A DNA stretch of 64,000 nucleotides, taken from positions 864,001 through 928,000 of the forward strand of contig CAVQNG010000025.1 of assembly GCA_963713825.1 (NCBI GenBank), written 5' to 3'. The position numbers and the translations under genes were made by a program. The DNA comes from an uncultured Acidobacteriota bacterium (lineage in GTDB: Bacteria; Acidobacteriota; Thermoanaerobaculia; Multivoradales; JAHEKO01). The notes under the pieces are model-generated. The model was not told the origin of the DNA. It did not search any database and was given only the letters and a program-made list of their open reading frames with translations. This document shows, piece after piece, positions 38,634-47,051 of this stretch (position 1 is its first letter; each line of letters opens with the position of its first letter).

Positions 38634-40352
38634 TCACCTCGAAAAGGCGGTGGACTCCAGGCTCTCGGCCCATTCGGTCTCGATCGTTGCCGGCCCGGGC
38701 ATCTTCTGGACAAGGAAGATCTCGGCCAGACGCCGATGGGCATCCACGTCCCGGGTGACGTCGTAGAGATACAAGGAATGGCCCAGGATCGCTTCTGGCT
38801 CGCGTGAGGCGAGCCAGGCAAAGGCCTCGGGCGTTGGCCGATAGACACCCTGTATGTGCGTTGCCGAAACAGCTAAAAGCGCCCGTACTTCCTGGCGTAG
38901 GTCGAGGTTTGGATCGCCTCTACGCGGTCGCGACGATTCGTAGTGCACCGGCAGGTAGTGGATGCCGTACGCCTCGGGGTCGGCATTGCCAAAGTAGGAA
39001 AGGTAGACGCCGTCAATACCCTCGTTGGCGAGGTAGGAATCGAGGTGGCGTAGCTCCTGGCCCCAGTCGAGGTTGGAGTCGGCCAGGTAGTCTATTGCTG
39101 AGTCGGGATCGCCGATGAGCTGATTGAAATAGGCGATGTAATGCGGCTGGGCCGTTACCGTGTCGACCACCATCCAGATTCCCAGGGCGCCGAGAAGCAG
39201 GCGCCAACCAGGTCCCTTGCGGTGCCAGATTCGAGCGCCAGCTTCACCCGCGATCAGAAAGAGCAGTGGGAAGAAGGGCAGTAGATGTCGCAGCCCTATC
39301 TGGAGGTCCGATAGTGAAGCGACGACGAAGAACAGCGCCGAAGGAAAGACCAGCCAGAGAGTGACGACGTGGCGATGCGGTGAGCTGCGAAGCATCAAGA
39401 GGGCTGCCGCGAGCAGCAGCAGGAACGGTATCGGGGTTTTCAGTAGGAACGCGACGAGAAAGTAGATGGGCGACCCGCTGACGGAGAGTCGTCCGAGCAG
39501 GTAGTTCTCGTGCCCGGCCGCGCTGTGAAACAGAACCTCCTTTACGGAGGAGAAGAAGGCCCCGAGGTCCCCGAAGTAGATCGTCGTAAGAACCACTGTA
39601 GAAGCTGCCAGACAGAGGCCGCTGTGAACTAGAAAATCCTTGCGGCTCGGTGGTTTTGCGCGCCAGGTCCAGGCCAGGATGAACAGATAGATCGGCAGCA
39701 GGATGACGGCCGAGCCCTTGGTCGCCAGGGCGATGCCGAGTCCGACGCCAGCCACCACAGCCCGTCCAGATGTCGGCTGCTCGACATAGCGATACAGACA
39801 GAAGAGAGCGAGAGGGAAGGCGAGGGCGATCGCCAGGTCCGTGGTAGCGAGGTGGCCGTGCGCCAGGATCAGTGGGTTGAAAGCGCACGAAAAAAGGGCG
39901 ATCGCTCCGGCTGGAGGGCCGAACAGGCGGTTGCCCCACCACCAGAGAAAGATCCCGAGCAGGATCGAAATTCCGATCACCATCCGTCGCGCCGGCATCA
40001 GCATCTGATCGGCAGGCACCGTGTTCTCGTAGAGAAACTCGACGCTCAGAGGCCAGTAGGGAGGCATCGATCCGTCGGGATTCGCCTCTGCCTCGTCGAT
40101 GGGTAGGAAAAGCAATGGCAGCGCTTCGATCAGCCGTGCCAGGGGTGGATGCTCACGATCGATGTCGTAGCGACCTGTCTTCCAGAGATGGTGCCCCGCG
40201 ACCAGGTTGGGAGGCTCGTCCATGATTCCCGAGTCGTGTCGGGCCGCGCCGTAGGACAAGCCGAAGAGCGCTCCGAGAAGGAGGATTGGAATCAGCGCCG
40301 TAAGCACTCGCCGCAGAGCGGGGAGGATCGATCTGGCTCGGGATGGGGGCAT
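38634..40352 (-). CDS. GT-C fold membrane glycosyltransferase (ArnT/PMT, GT39/83-like)
   Basis: MDEP, EHPPL, AHGHLATTD, ALATK, GLRHLLP, YFN...DSNLDWGQ; many TM helices. Confidence 0.88.
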   Translation of the reverse strand: MPPSRARSILPALRRVLTALIPILLLGALFGLSYGAARHDSGIMDEPPNLVAGHHLWKTGRYDIDREHPPLARLIEALPLLFLPIDEAEANPDGSMPPYWPLSVEFLYENTVPADQMLMPARRMVIGISILLGIFLWWWGNRLFGPPAGAIALFSCAFNPLILAHGHLATTDLAIALAFPLALFCLYRYVEQPTSGRAVVAGVGLGIALATKGSAVILLPIYLFILAWTWRAKPPSRKDFLVHSGLCLAASTVVLTTIYFGDLGAFFSSVKEVLFHSAAGHENYLLGRLSVSGSPIYFLVAFLLKTPIPFLLLLAAALLMLRSSPHRHVVTLWLVFPSALFFVVASLSDLQIGLRHLLPFFPLLFLIAGEAGARIWHRKGPGWRLLLGALGIWMVVDTVTAQPHYIAYFNQLIGDPDSAIDYLADSNLDWGQELRHLDSYLANEGIDGVYLSYFGNADPEAYGIHYLPVHYESSRPRRGDPNLDLRQEVRALLAVSATHIQGVYRPTPEAFAWLASREPEAILGHSLYLYDVTRDVDAHRRLAEIFLVQKMPGPATIETEWAESLESTAFSR

Positions 40353-40605
40353 GGTTCCTTGGCTCAGCAGTCAAGAAAGGGGCGACTAGACGACGATGCC
40401 GGACCTGTTGTGCATGGATGCTCTCATGTTATGGCAAGATCCACGGATCTGAGATTCTTCGCATGACCTCGACGTTTCGAGGCGGCGAGCCGATCGGCTC
40501 GAATTGGGATGTCCGGGGCAGATCGGCAGATAGAATGTCGAGGTCCATCGAGGCATGCTCGACTCGTCGATCTGGCGAGCTACGACGTTGAAAGGGAGGA
40601 GAGCT

Positions 40606-41163
40606 TTGAAGAAACTACTCATTCTCGCAATGCTGCTCATCGGAGCGACCGGAGCCTGGGCCGGGGAGCTGGCGGGTGTCACCATGCCGGACACGGTGCA
40701 GGTGGGTGACGACTCTCTGTCACTCAACGGAATGGGGCTGCGCAAAAAGTCCATCATCAAGGTCTATGTAGGGGGTCTTTACCTGTCCGAACCCAGTAGC
40801 GAAGCTGGGAACATCCTGGCTGCTGACAGCCCTCGCGTGACCCGCATGAGCTTCCTCCGGGGAGTCAAGGCGGGTCAGCTGTGTGGGGGATGGACTGAGG
40901 GTCTCGAGAACAACACGCCTGGCGCCAGCGCCGAGGTTGCCCAGCAGTTCGAGACGCTTTGTAGCTACATGGAAGACATGGGCAAAGGCGACGCCATGGT
41001 CTACGCCTATGAACCGGGCAAGGGGACCACCGTCGAAGTCAATGGAGCGGTCAAGGGAACCCTCGGCGGAAAGCCCTTCGCTGACGCCCTTTTTGCGTGC
41101 TGGATCGGAGACGAACCGCCCAGTGCTGAATTCAGGGATGGGCTGCTGGGCCGATCGCACTAG
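40606..41163 (+). CDS. Chalcone isomerase-like periplasmic protein
   Basis: GGAGGA RBS with TTG start, signal peptide, LNGMGLRKK...KVYVGGLYL...WIGDEP. Confidence 0.88.
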   Translation: MKKLLILAMLLIGATGAWAGELAGVTMPDTVQVGDDSLSLNGMGLRKKSIIKVYVGGLYLSEPSSEAGNILAADSPRVTRMSFLRGVKAGQLCGGWTEGLENNTPGASAEVAQQFETLCSYMEDMGKGDAMVYAYEPGKGTTVEVNGAVKGTLGGKPFADALFACWIGDEPPSAEFRDGLLGRSH

Positions 41164-41184
41164 CCTCGAATTGCGAGCCTGTTG

Positions 41185-42045
41185 CTAGGGCCCGATGCCC
41201 ATCCAGCGGGGTAGGTCGGCGATGGAGTCGAGCACTGCGTCGGCTGTTTCCAGAGTGGTTGCCTCTGCCTCGGGTCTGTACTTGCCTGTGCGGACAGCAA
41301 CTGCGACAAGGCCGGCCGCGTGGGCGCCTCTGATGTCGGCCTCCAGATCGTCGCCGACCATGGCGATTCGGTCCGTGGCGAGACCGAAATCTCGAGCGAC
41401 GGTGCGAAACAGCTCTGGGCTGGGCTTGCCCACGAGGTGAGCCTCCAGGTCGGTGGCGAATTCGAGCGCCGCCACGAAGGGGCCGGCATCGAGACTCAGC
41501 TGGCCTTGGTGTTTCCAGAAGCGATTCTTCTGCATCGCGACCAGTTCCGCTCCTGCCATCAGGGCTCGAAAGGCCCTGTCCAGAATCTCGAATGTCCACT
41601 GGTCCCCGAGGTCGGCGACCACGACGAAGTCGGGGCTGTGACTGTCCAGATCGAATTCTGCGAACTCCTCTCGGGTCGCAGGATCGACCAGCAACATCAG
41701 CTTTTCTGCGCCGCGCTCCCGTAGCCAGGCGGCTGTCACCGCTGGAGCAGTGAGGCAGTCCTGAACTGGGACATCCAGACCGACGGCTGAAAGTTGAGAG
41801 AGAAGCTCAGCTCGCGGCCGCCGTGTCGTATTGGTCAGAAACCGGAAGGGGATCCCTGCTCGCCGTAATCTGGACAGGCTGTCGATGGCCCCGTCGATCG
41901 GAACATTGTCCTGCAGGATGGTTCCATCGATGTCGAGAAGACAGCCTTCGATTCCTCTGTGGACGCTCTCAGGTGAGCCCAAAGTGCGATCTCCTCCCAG
42001 AGTTTCAGGGTTGTTCCCTGAGGCAGTCGCAGCCGCGGTGCTCAA
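41185..42045 (-). CDS. HAD subfamily IIA hydrolase (LHPP/TIGR01458-like)
   Basis: LLDIDGT, LTNTT, VGKPS, MVGDDLEADI, VRTGKY. The start is uncertain; a TTG overlapping the upstream stop was chosen. Confidence 0.88.
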   Translation of the reverse strand: MSTAAATASGNNPETLGGDRTLGSPESVHRGIEGCLLDIDGTILQDNVPIDGAIDSLSRLRRAGIPFRFLTNTTRRPRAELLSQLSAVGLDVPVQDCLTAPAVTAAWLRERGAEKLMLLVDPATREEFAEFDLDSHSPDFVVVADLGDQWTFEILDRAFRALMAGAELVAMQKNRFWKHQGQLSLDAGPFVAALEFATDLEAHLVGKPSPELFRTVARDFGLATDRIAMVGDDLEADIRGAHAAGLVAVAVRTGKYRPEAEATTLETADAVLDSIADLPRWMGIGP

Positions 42046-42521
42046 CCCTCGACAAGCTCTGAATAGAGTCCGAACAGTACCAGGAATAGGAGAGTCCCGG
42101 CGATGATCGGGACTGGGTTGGTCGACAGAAGGCCATCGGTGCCACCACCAATGTTGGCGAGGGCTGTGCCGGTCCGACCCAGCCAAGAGCGGACCAGCGG
42201 CCAGCTCATGGCGGTTCCAATCGCCAACCCTACGGCACCGGTGGCCAGGGCGATTTTCTCCGCGGCACGAATTGGCCTCGTGGCTCTGTCGGCTGCCTGG
42301 AGTAGGCGTTGCTGCCGAGCTTGAATCCAGATCCGGCCCGGGTCGGGCAATCTCGATAGCTCCGGCGCCCGACGAGCCTCGCTCTGCAAAAGGTCGTCGA
42401 TCGAGACGGCCTCCGAGCAGGATCGGCAGGTGGCGAGGTGTCGGCTCAGCTCTGCGGTCAGACCGTCAGACCGGGTCGCTACCAGTATCTGGTCTTCCAA
42501 GGCGCACGGTCGATCTCTCAT
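42042..42521 (-). CDS. Zinc-finger (ZAS) membrane anti-sigma factor
   Basis: HLATCRSC (HxxxCxxC) plus two TM helices; ATGA-coupled to the ECF sigma gene. Confidence 0.8.
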   Translation of the reverse strand: MRDRPCALEDQILVATRSDGLTAELSRHLATCRSCSEAVSIDDLLQSEARRAPELSRLPDPGRIWIQARQQRLLQAADRATRPIRAAEKIALATGAVGLAIGTAMSWPLVRSWLGRTGTALANIGGGTDGLLSTNPVPIIAGTLLFLVLFGLYSELVEG

Positions 42522-43102
42522 GAGTCTTCCTCCACGCTGCGATTCGACTCTTCGAGCATAGCGGCGAGCTTCTTTCTGGCCCGAAACAACAGAAGTCGAA
42601 TGCTGCCTGCCTTGAGACCCAGAATCTCGGCGATCTCCTTGTGGCTGAAGCGCTCCACATGGCCCAGCCAGAGCAGCTCCCGCTCTCTGGGTTTGAGTTG
42701 CATCATGGCCCTTCGCAGATCATGCTGTAGGTGGACCTGGTGCTCGTGGCCCTTGACGCTGGGTTCGTGCTCGAGAGGTAGCTGGGCCCGTTGGGCACCC
42801 CTGAAGTGATCACGAAGAAGGTTGGTGGCGATTCTGAAAAGGTAGTTCTTGGCGTGATCTTCGCTCTCAGGCTCGAAATTGGCCCGCAGAAAGCGAAAAT
42901 AGGACTCCTGAACGAGATCGTCGGCCAGCGAGCCGTTACCCGTGGCTCTGGCTATGTAGCCCCAAAGTGGACGCGCGGTTCGGTCATAGAGGGCTCGGAA
43001 AGCGGCTTCGTCGAGGCCACCCTTCCGCCCGGTGGTTTCGGTGGTCTGGATCGCAAGGTCATCGACCACGGCAACTCCGCTGGCACTTAGAGACCATAGC
43101 AT
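42518..43102 (-). CDS. ECF RNA polymerase sigma-70 factor
   Basis: ADDLVQESY, YLFRIATNLLRD (region 2) and FSHKEIAEILG...LLFRARKKL (region 4). Start is uncertain. Confidence 0.93.
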   Translation of the reverse strand: MLWSLSASGVAVVDDLAIQTTETTGRKGGLDEAAFRALYDRTARPLWGYIARATGNGSLADDLVQESYFRFLRANFEPESEDHAKNYLFRIATNLLRDHFRGAQRAQLPLEHEPSVKGHEHQVHLQHDLRRAMMQLKPRERELLWLGHVERFSHKEIAEILGLKAGSIRLLLFRARKKLAAMLEESNRSVEEDS

Positions 43103-43198
43103 TGCAGTCTCACCTTCCGTTGCTCCGACGAGCCCGTCTGCCTGGCCCTGATTCGGCTCGGCAGCCAAGCTGGGAGAGGCCCCTCTCTCTGGTCGAGT

Positions 43199-43654
43199 CT
43201 AGTTACCCTTCTGCCCATTGAGGAGTCCCCAGCTGCGGGAGAGCCGAGTCGAGACTGCAGCCGAGACCAGAAAGCCGATTCCCAAGGCCAGGCTCAGGGT
43301 ACCGATGAAGATCATCCCCAGGCTGTCATGGGTATCGGTAAACCGTGATTCCATGATCAAGAATGCCATTCCCGCCGCTGTCAAAATGAGCCCGACCTGG
43401 ACTGAGCCGAGGATCCGTTTTAGCGGACTGGCCTGCTCGATCGTCGCAGAGAGGAGAAACCTCTCGCCCACGTCGCTCTCCAGGTAGGTGCGCAAGTCGT
43501 CGTTGGAGTTGAATTTGTCGAGTAGCTTGCCCTGCAGCTCTGCTTGTAGGGTGGTGGTCTTCAGTTGTCGGCGATGTCCGAGATAGGAGCGAAAGATCCA
43601 GCCCAGCGTTGCCAGTATTCCCACGCTTCCCAGAATTGGTGCCAAAACGTCCAT
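43199..43654 (-). CDS. Small 3-TM membrane protein (DUF6249-like) heading the ECF operon
   Basis: AAGGAG RBS; one N-terminal TM, KLLDKF...YLES, two C-terminal TM ending LGIGFLVS. Confidence 0.78.
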   Translation of the reverse strand: MDVLAPILGSVGILATLGWIFRSYLGHRRQLKTTTLQAELQGKLLDKFNSNDDLRTYLESDVGERFLLSATIEQASPLKRILGSVQVGLILTAAGMAFLIMESRFTDTHDSLGMIFIGTLSLALGIGFLVSAAVSTRLSRSWGLLNGQKGN

Positions 43655-43726
43655 GATCGTCTCCTTTGTTCAAATCGGGCAGCTGTCAGGTGTCGTTTGT
43701 CTAGACTGCCTCATTCCGACTCTTAC

Positions 43727-43753
43727 AACGACCGGAAGGCAAATTGGTTAACA
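43727..43753 (-). promoter_or_regulatory. Putative ECF-sigma autoregulatory promoter
   Basis: The minus strand reads TGTTAAC-N16-CGTT (AAC...CGT ECF consensus), about 70 nt upstream of the first gene of the ECF operon. Confidence 0.55.
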
Positions 43754-43827
43754 GCCCTGCCGGGATCTTGTCATCCCATGTGCAGTCCTCAACTGCTACA
43801 GAGCTCGAGAAGCCCCAGAATACTTGG

Positions 43828-46287
43828 GTGTTCGACTCCGTGCACATAATGTCCCTGTGTTCGGCTCTCGTCGCGGGGCTGAACCTCCTGCTGGGCGCCT
43901 ACATCATCCTGCGGAATCGTCGGGAGCGTCTGAATCAGATCTTCTTCCTTATCAGCGTCTGCTTCGCGATGTGGTCTTTCGCCTTCGCCTTCTGGCCCTC
44001 GGCCCCCACCAAGGAGTACGCCTGGTTCTGGTTTCGTCTCTCTGCGATTGGGTGGACCCTCACCCCTTCTCTCCTTCTGCACTTCCTGATCCTTATCTCA
44101 CGCCGGGATCACGTGCTGCAGAGCCGGTGGAGCTACCCGGTGATCTACCTGCCGGGTATCTATTTCTTCCTGCAAGCGCAGTTCGGTCGTATGGGGGTCG
44201 TTGACTTCGTGCAGACGCCCTTTGGCTGGTCGGATGTTTACCAGCCGATGACCTTCAGCTTTGCCGGTTACTTGATCTACTTCTCGCTCTACATCTGCAT
44301 TGGGATGGTCTTGGTGCTGCTGTGGGGATTGCGGACCGAGAGAGTCGCGGAGCGCCGCCAGTCCCAGATCCTTTTGATCATGGGCCTGCCGGTTCTGGTC
44401 GTCGTAGCGCTGTCGGGCATCTTTCTGCCCATGTGGGGCATCCGAAGACCGCCCGAGGTAGCACATCTGGTAGCCGCTCTCTGGGTGCTCAGTATCTGGT
44501 TCGCGGTCTTGCGCTACCGACTGATGATCCTGAGTCCGGCAATCGTCGCGCCAGACATCTTCCGGACCATGGCCGATGCGGCCGTACTGGTCGACCTCGA
44601 AAACCAGGTCGTTGGCCTGAATCGATCCGCCGAGGACCTGCTCGGCGCCAAGGAGCAACAGCTCAGAGGTTCGGCGGTCGAAGGGCTGTTCGAGACTGCA
44701 GACTCGACGGAGTCAGAGACCATACGCCGGCTGATCGCCAGCTCCGAGGGACGCACGATGGAGCTCAACATGCGACGGCGGTCAGGAGATACAGCGACCT
44801 TGAGAGTCTCCGTCTCCAAAGTGAGGGATCGGTTCGCGCAACCCCTGGGGACGGTTCTCCTGATGCGGGACATCAGCGACCAGAAGCGAGCCGAAGCCGA
44901 CTTGAAGTACTTGACGACGCACGACCCCTTGACCGACCTGCCCAATCGGTCGTTGCTCAGCGATCGCTTGAAGAGGGCTCTGCAGAGGGCGATTCGGGAG
45001 AAGCACCCCTTTGCCCTCCTGATGTTCGATCTCGACGATTTCAGGCGGATCAACGACGCCTATGGTCCGCAGAGTGGAGACCTCGTGCTGCAGGAGGCTG
45101 CTCGTCGCCTCAACCGCTCTGTGCGCGGCTTGGACACCGTGTGTCGGCTCGGCGGAGACGAGTTCATGATCGTGGTCGAAGACCTGCTCGAATCGGGTGA
45201 CTCCGACATCGTTGCGCAGCGCATTCTGGATTCGTTCGCAGAGCCGATCGAGGCCGAGGAGCGGTCGATCACCGTTACCGGCTCGATTGGCATCAGCACC
45301 TATCCGTTCGACGGCCTCGACACGGAGACCCTGGTCAAGAAGGCGGACCTGGCGCTCACCAGCTCGAAGCAGCGGGGCAGGGGCGGCTATCAGTACTACG
45401 CACCTCGCATGGATGCCATGAACCGTCAGCGGGTGGCCATCGAGCAAGGACTTCAAGAAGCGATCGCAGCAGACGAGTTCTACCTCGTCTACCAACCTTT
45501 GGTGGATTTCTCTTCCGGCAAGATCGCAGGAATCGAGGCCCTGATCCGCTGGCAGTCGAGAGACCTGGGTTTGATGAGTCCGCTGAGCTTCATTCCGATT
45601 GCGGAGAGATCAGGGTTGATCGTGCCGATTGGGGAGTGGGTCCTGAGAACCGCCTGCGCAGCCAACCGCCAGTGGCAGGACGAAGGGTTCCCGGCAGTTC
45701 CCATCGGCGTCAATATCTCGGCCCGGCAGCTCCAGGAGCCGAATTTCGTCGAGATGGTGGAGACGGTGCTGCAGGAGACCGGCTTGAGGCCAGAGCTCCT
45801 CGAGCTCGAGCTCACCGAGAGTACTGCCATGGAGGATGTTTCTCGATCCCAGGCGCTGCTGACGCAACTGCAGGAGGGTGGGGTCCAGATCGTCATCGAC
45901 GATTTCGGCACCGGCTACTCGTCCCTCATGCGACTCAAGCTGCTACCCATGGACACGGTAAAGGTCGATCGCTCCTTCATCGAGAACATCGCCAGGGATC
46001 CAAAGGACCGAGCATTGGTGATGGCGATTGTCGCCATGGCTCGCAACCTGGGTGTCAAAGTGGTGGCCGAAGGCGTCGAGACGATGGAGCAGCTCGAGGT
46101 GCTGCGTTCCTTCGAGACCCAGCCGCTCGCCGTGCTGCGCTGCGACAAGGTGCAGGGGAACCTCTTCAGCACGCCCGTCGGGACCGAGGGTGTGCCGTCG
46201 CTCTTCGATCTCGCCGCGGATGACGACGGCCCGTTCGAGAGCATTCGGCGAGTAGTCGCCCATAGGTCGAGAGCCCTCCGTCAGTAG
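43828..46287 (+). CDS. 7TM (HisKA_7TM-like) + PAS + GGDEF + EAL diguanylate cyclase/phosphodiesterase
   Basis: Seven TM, PAS, HDPLTDLPNR, RGLD I-site, GGDEF, EALIRW, DDFGTGYSS, AEGVE. Start lies between 43744 and 43849. Confidence 0.94.
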   Translation: MFDSVHIMSLCSALVAGLNLLLGAYIILRNRRERLNQIFFLISVCFAMWSFAFAFWPSAPTKEYAWFWFRLSAIGWTLTPSLLLHFLILISRRDHVLQSRWSYPVIYLPGIYFFLQAQFGRMGVVDFVQTPFGWSDVYQPMTFSFAGYLIYFSLYICIGMVLVLLWGLRTERVAERRQSQILLIMGLPVLVVVALSGIFLPMWGIRRPPEVAHLVAALWVLSIWFAVLRYRLMILSPAIVAPDIFRTMADAAVLVDLENQVVGLNRSAEDLLGAKEQQLRGSAVEGLFETADSTESETIRRLIASSEGRTMELNMRRRSGDTATLRVSVSKVRDRFAQPLGTVLLMRDISDQKRAEADLKYLTTHDPLTDLPNRSLLSDRLKRALQRAIREKHPFALLMFDLDDFRRINDAYGPQSGDLVLQEAARRLNRSVRGLDTVCRLGGDEFMIVVEDLLESGDSDIVAQRILDSFAEPIEAEERSITVTGSIGISTYPFDGLDTETLVKKADLALTSSKQRGRGGYQYYAPRMDAMNRQRVAIEQGLQEAIAADEFYLVYQPLVDFSSGKIAGIEALIRWQSRDLGLMSPLSFIPIAERSGLIVPIGEWVLRTACAANRQWQDEGFPAVPIGVNISARQLQEPNFVEMVETVLQETGLRPELLELELTESTAMEDVSRSQALLTQLQEGGVQIVIDDFGTGYSSLMRLKLLPMDTVKVDRSFIENIARDPKDRALVMAIVAMARNLGVKVVAEGVETMEQLEVLRSFETQPLAVLRCDKVQGNLFSTPVGTEGVPSLFDLAADDDGPFESIRRVVAHRSRALRQ

Positions 46288-46299
46288 AATGGAGGGGCC

Positions 46300-47043
46300 A
46301 TGGAGGCCTCTCGAGAAGCGAAACTCGCCGACGCCGTCGGTGAGATCGAGGCCTGCCTGCGCCAGGACTCGAACCCGGAGCGGGCGCGCGGGGCTAAGCG
46401 CTATCTCAAGAGCGATCTCGACTTCCTCGGCGTCGGGGTGCCCGATCTCCGACGGCAGGTTAGCTCTTGGTCGCGGCATCATCCCGCTATCGATCGCCTG
46501 GCTCTCTCCGAGTTGTGCCGAGCCCTCTGGCGGCGCCGCATCAACGAGCTGCGCATCTTCGCCATCGAGCTACTTCGGGATCGCCAGGACTGCCTGGAGC
46601 GCTCCGATATCGAGTTGCTGGAGTGGATGCTGAGGCGCTCGAACACCTGGGCCTATGTCGATGCCATCGCAGTCCATCTGGTGGGTCCGATGGTGGAGCG
46701 GTTCCCTCGACTCTCGAGAGAGATGGACCGATGGGCCAGGGACGATGAATTCTGGTTGCGCCGCGCCGCGATGCTGGCGCTGCTGCTTCCCCTGCGTCGG
46801 GGCGCGGGCGACTGGAAGCGCTTCGAGCGCTATGCGGACGACATGCTGGAGGAGAAGGAGTTCTTCATTCGCAAGGCGATCGGCTGGGTGCTGCGAGAGG
46901 TGAGCAAGAAGGACACGGAGAGAGTCTCCGGGTTCGTCGGCCCGCGGATCGGCCGCATCTCGGGAGTGACGCTTCGCGAAGCCGTCAAATATCTACCCGA
47001 AGACGAGAAGGAAAACCTGCTGCGGGCCTTCCGAGCCCGCTAG
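46300..47043 (+). CDS. alkD: DNA alkylation repair protein (AlkD-like HEAT-repeat glycosylase)
   Basis: FLGVGVPDLR, NTWAYVD, FWLRRAA, FFIRKAIGWVLRE, REAVKYL. Confidence 0.88.
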   Translation: MEASREAKLADAVGEIEACLRQDSNPERARGAKRYLKSDLDFLGVGVPDLRRQVSSWSRHHPAIDRLALSELCRALWRRRINELRIFAIELLRDRQDCLERSDIELLEWMLRRSNTWAYVDAIAVHLVGPMVERFPRLSREMDRWARDDEFWLRRAAMLALLLPLRRGAGDWKRFERYADDMLEEKEFFIRKAIGWVLREVSKKDTERVSGFVGPRIGRISGVTLREAVKYLPEDEKENLLRAFRAR

Positions 47044-47051
47044 GTGCAACC

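Noticed and set aside
40353-40605. Intergenic region with a short palindrome (AGATCCACGGATCT), considered as a riboswitch or ncRNA
   Set aside because: No recognisable RNA family motif or terminator; consistent with a divergent promoter region.
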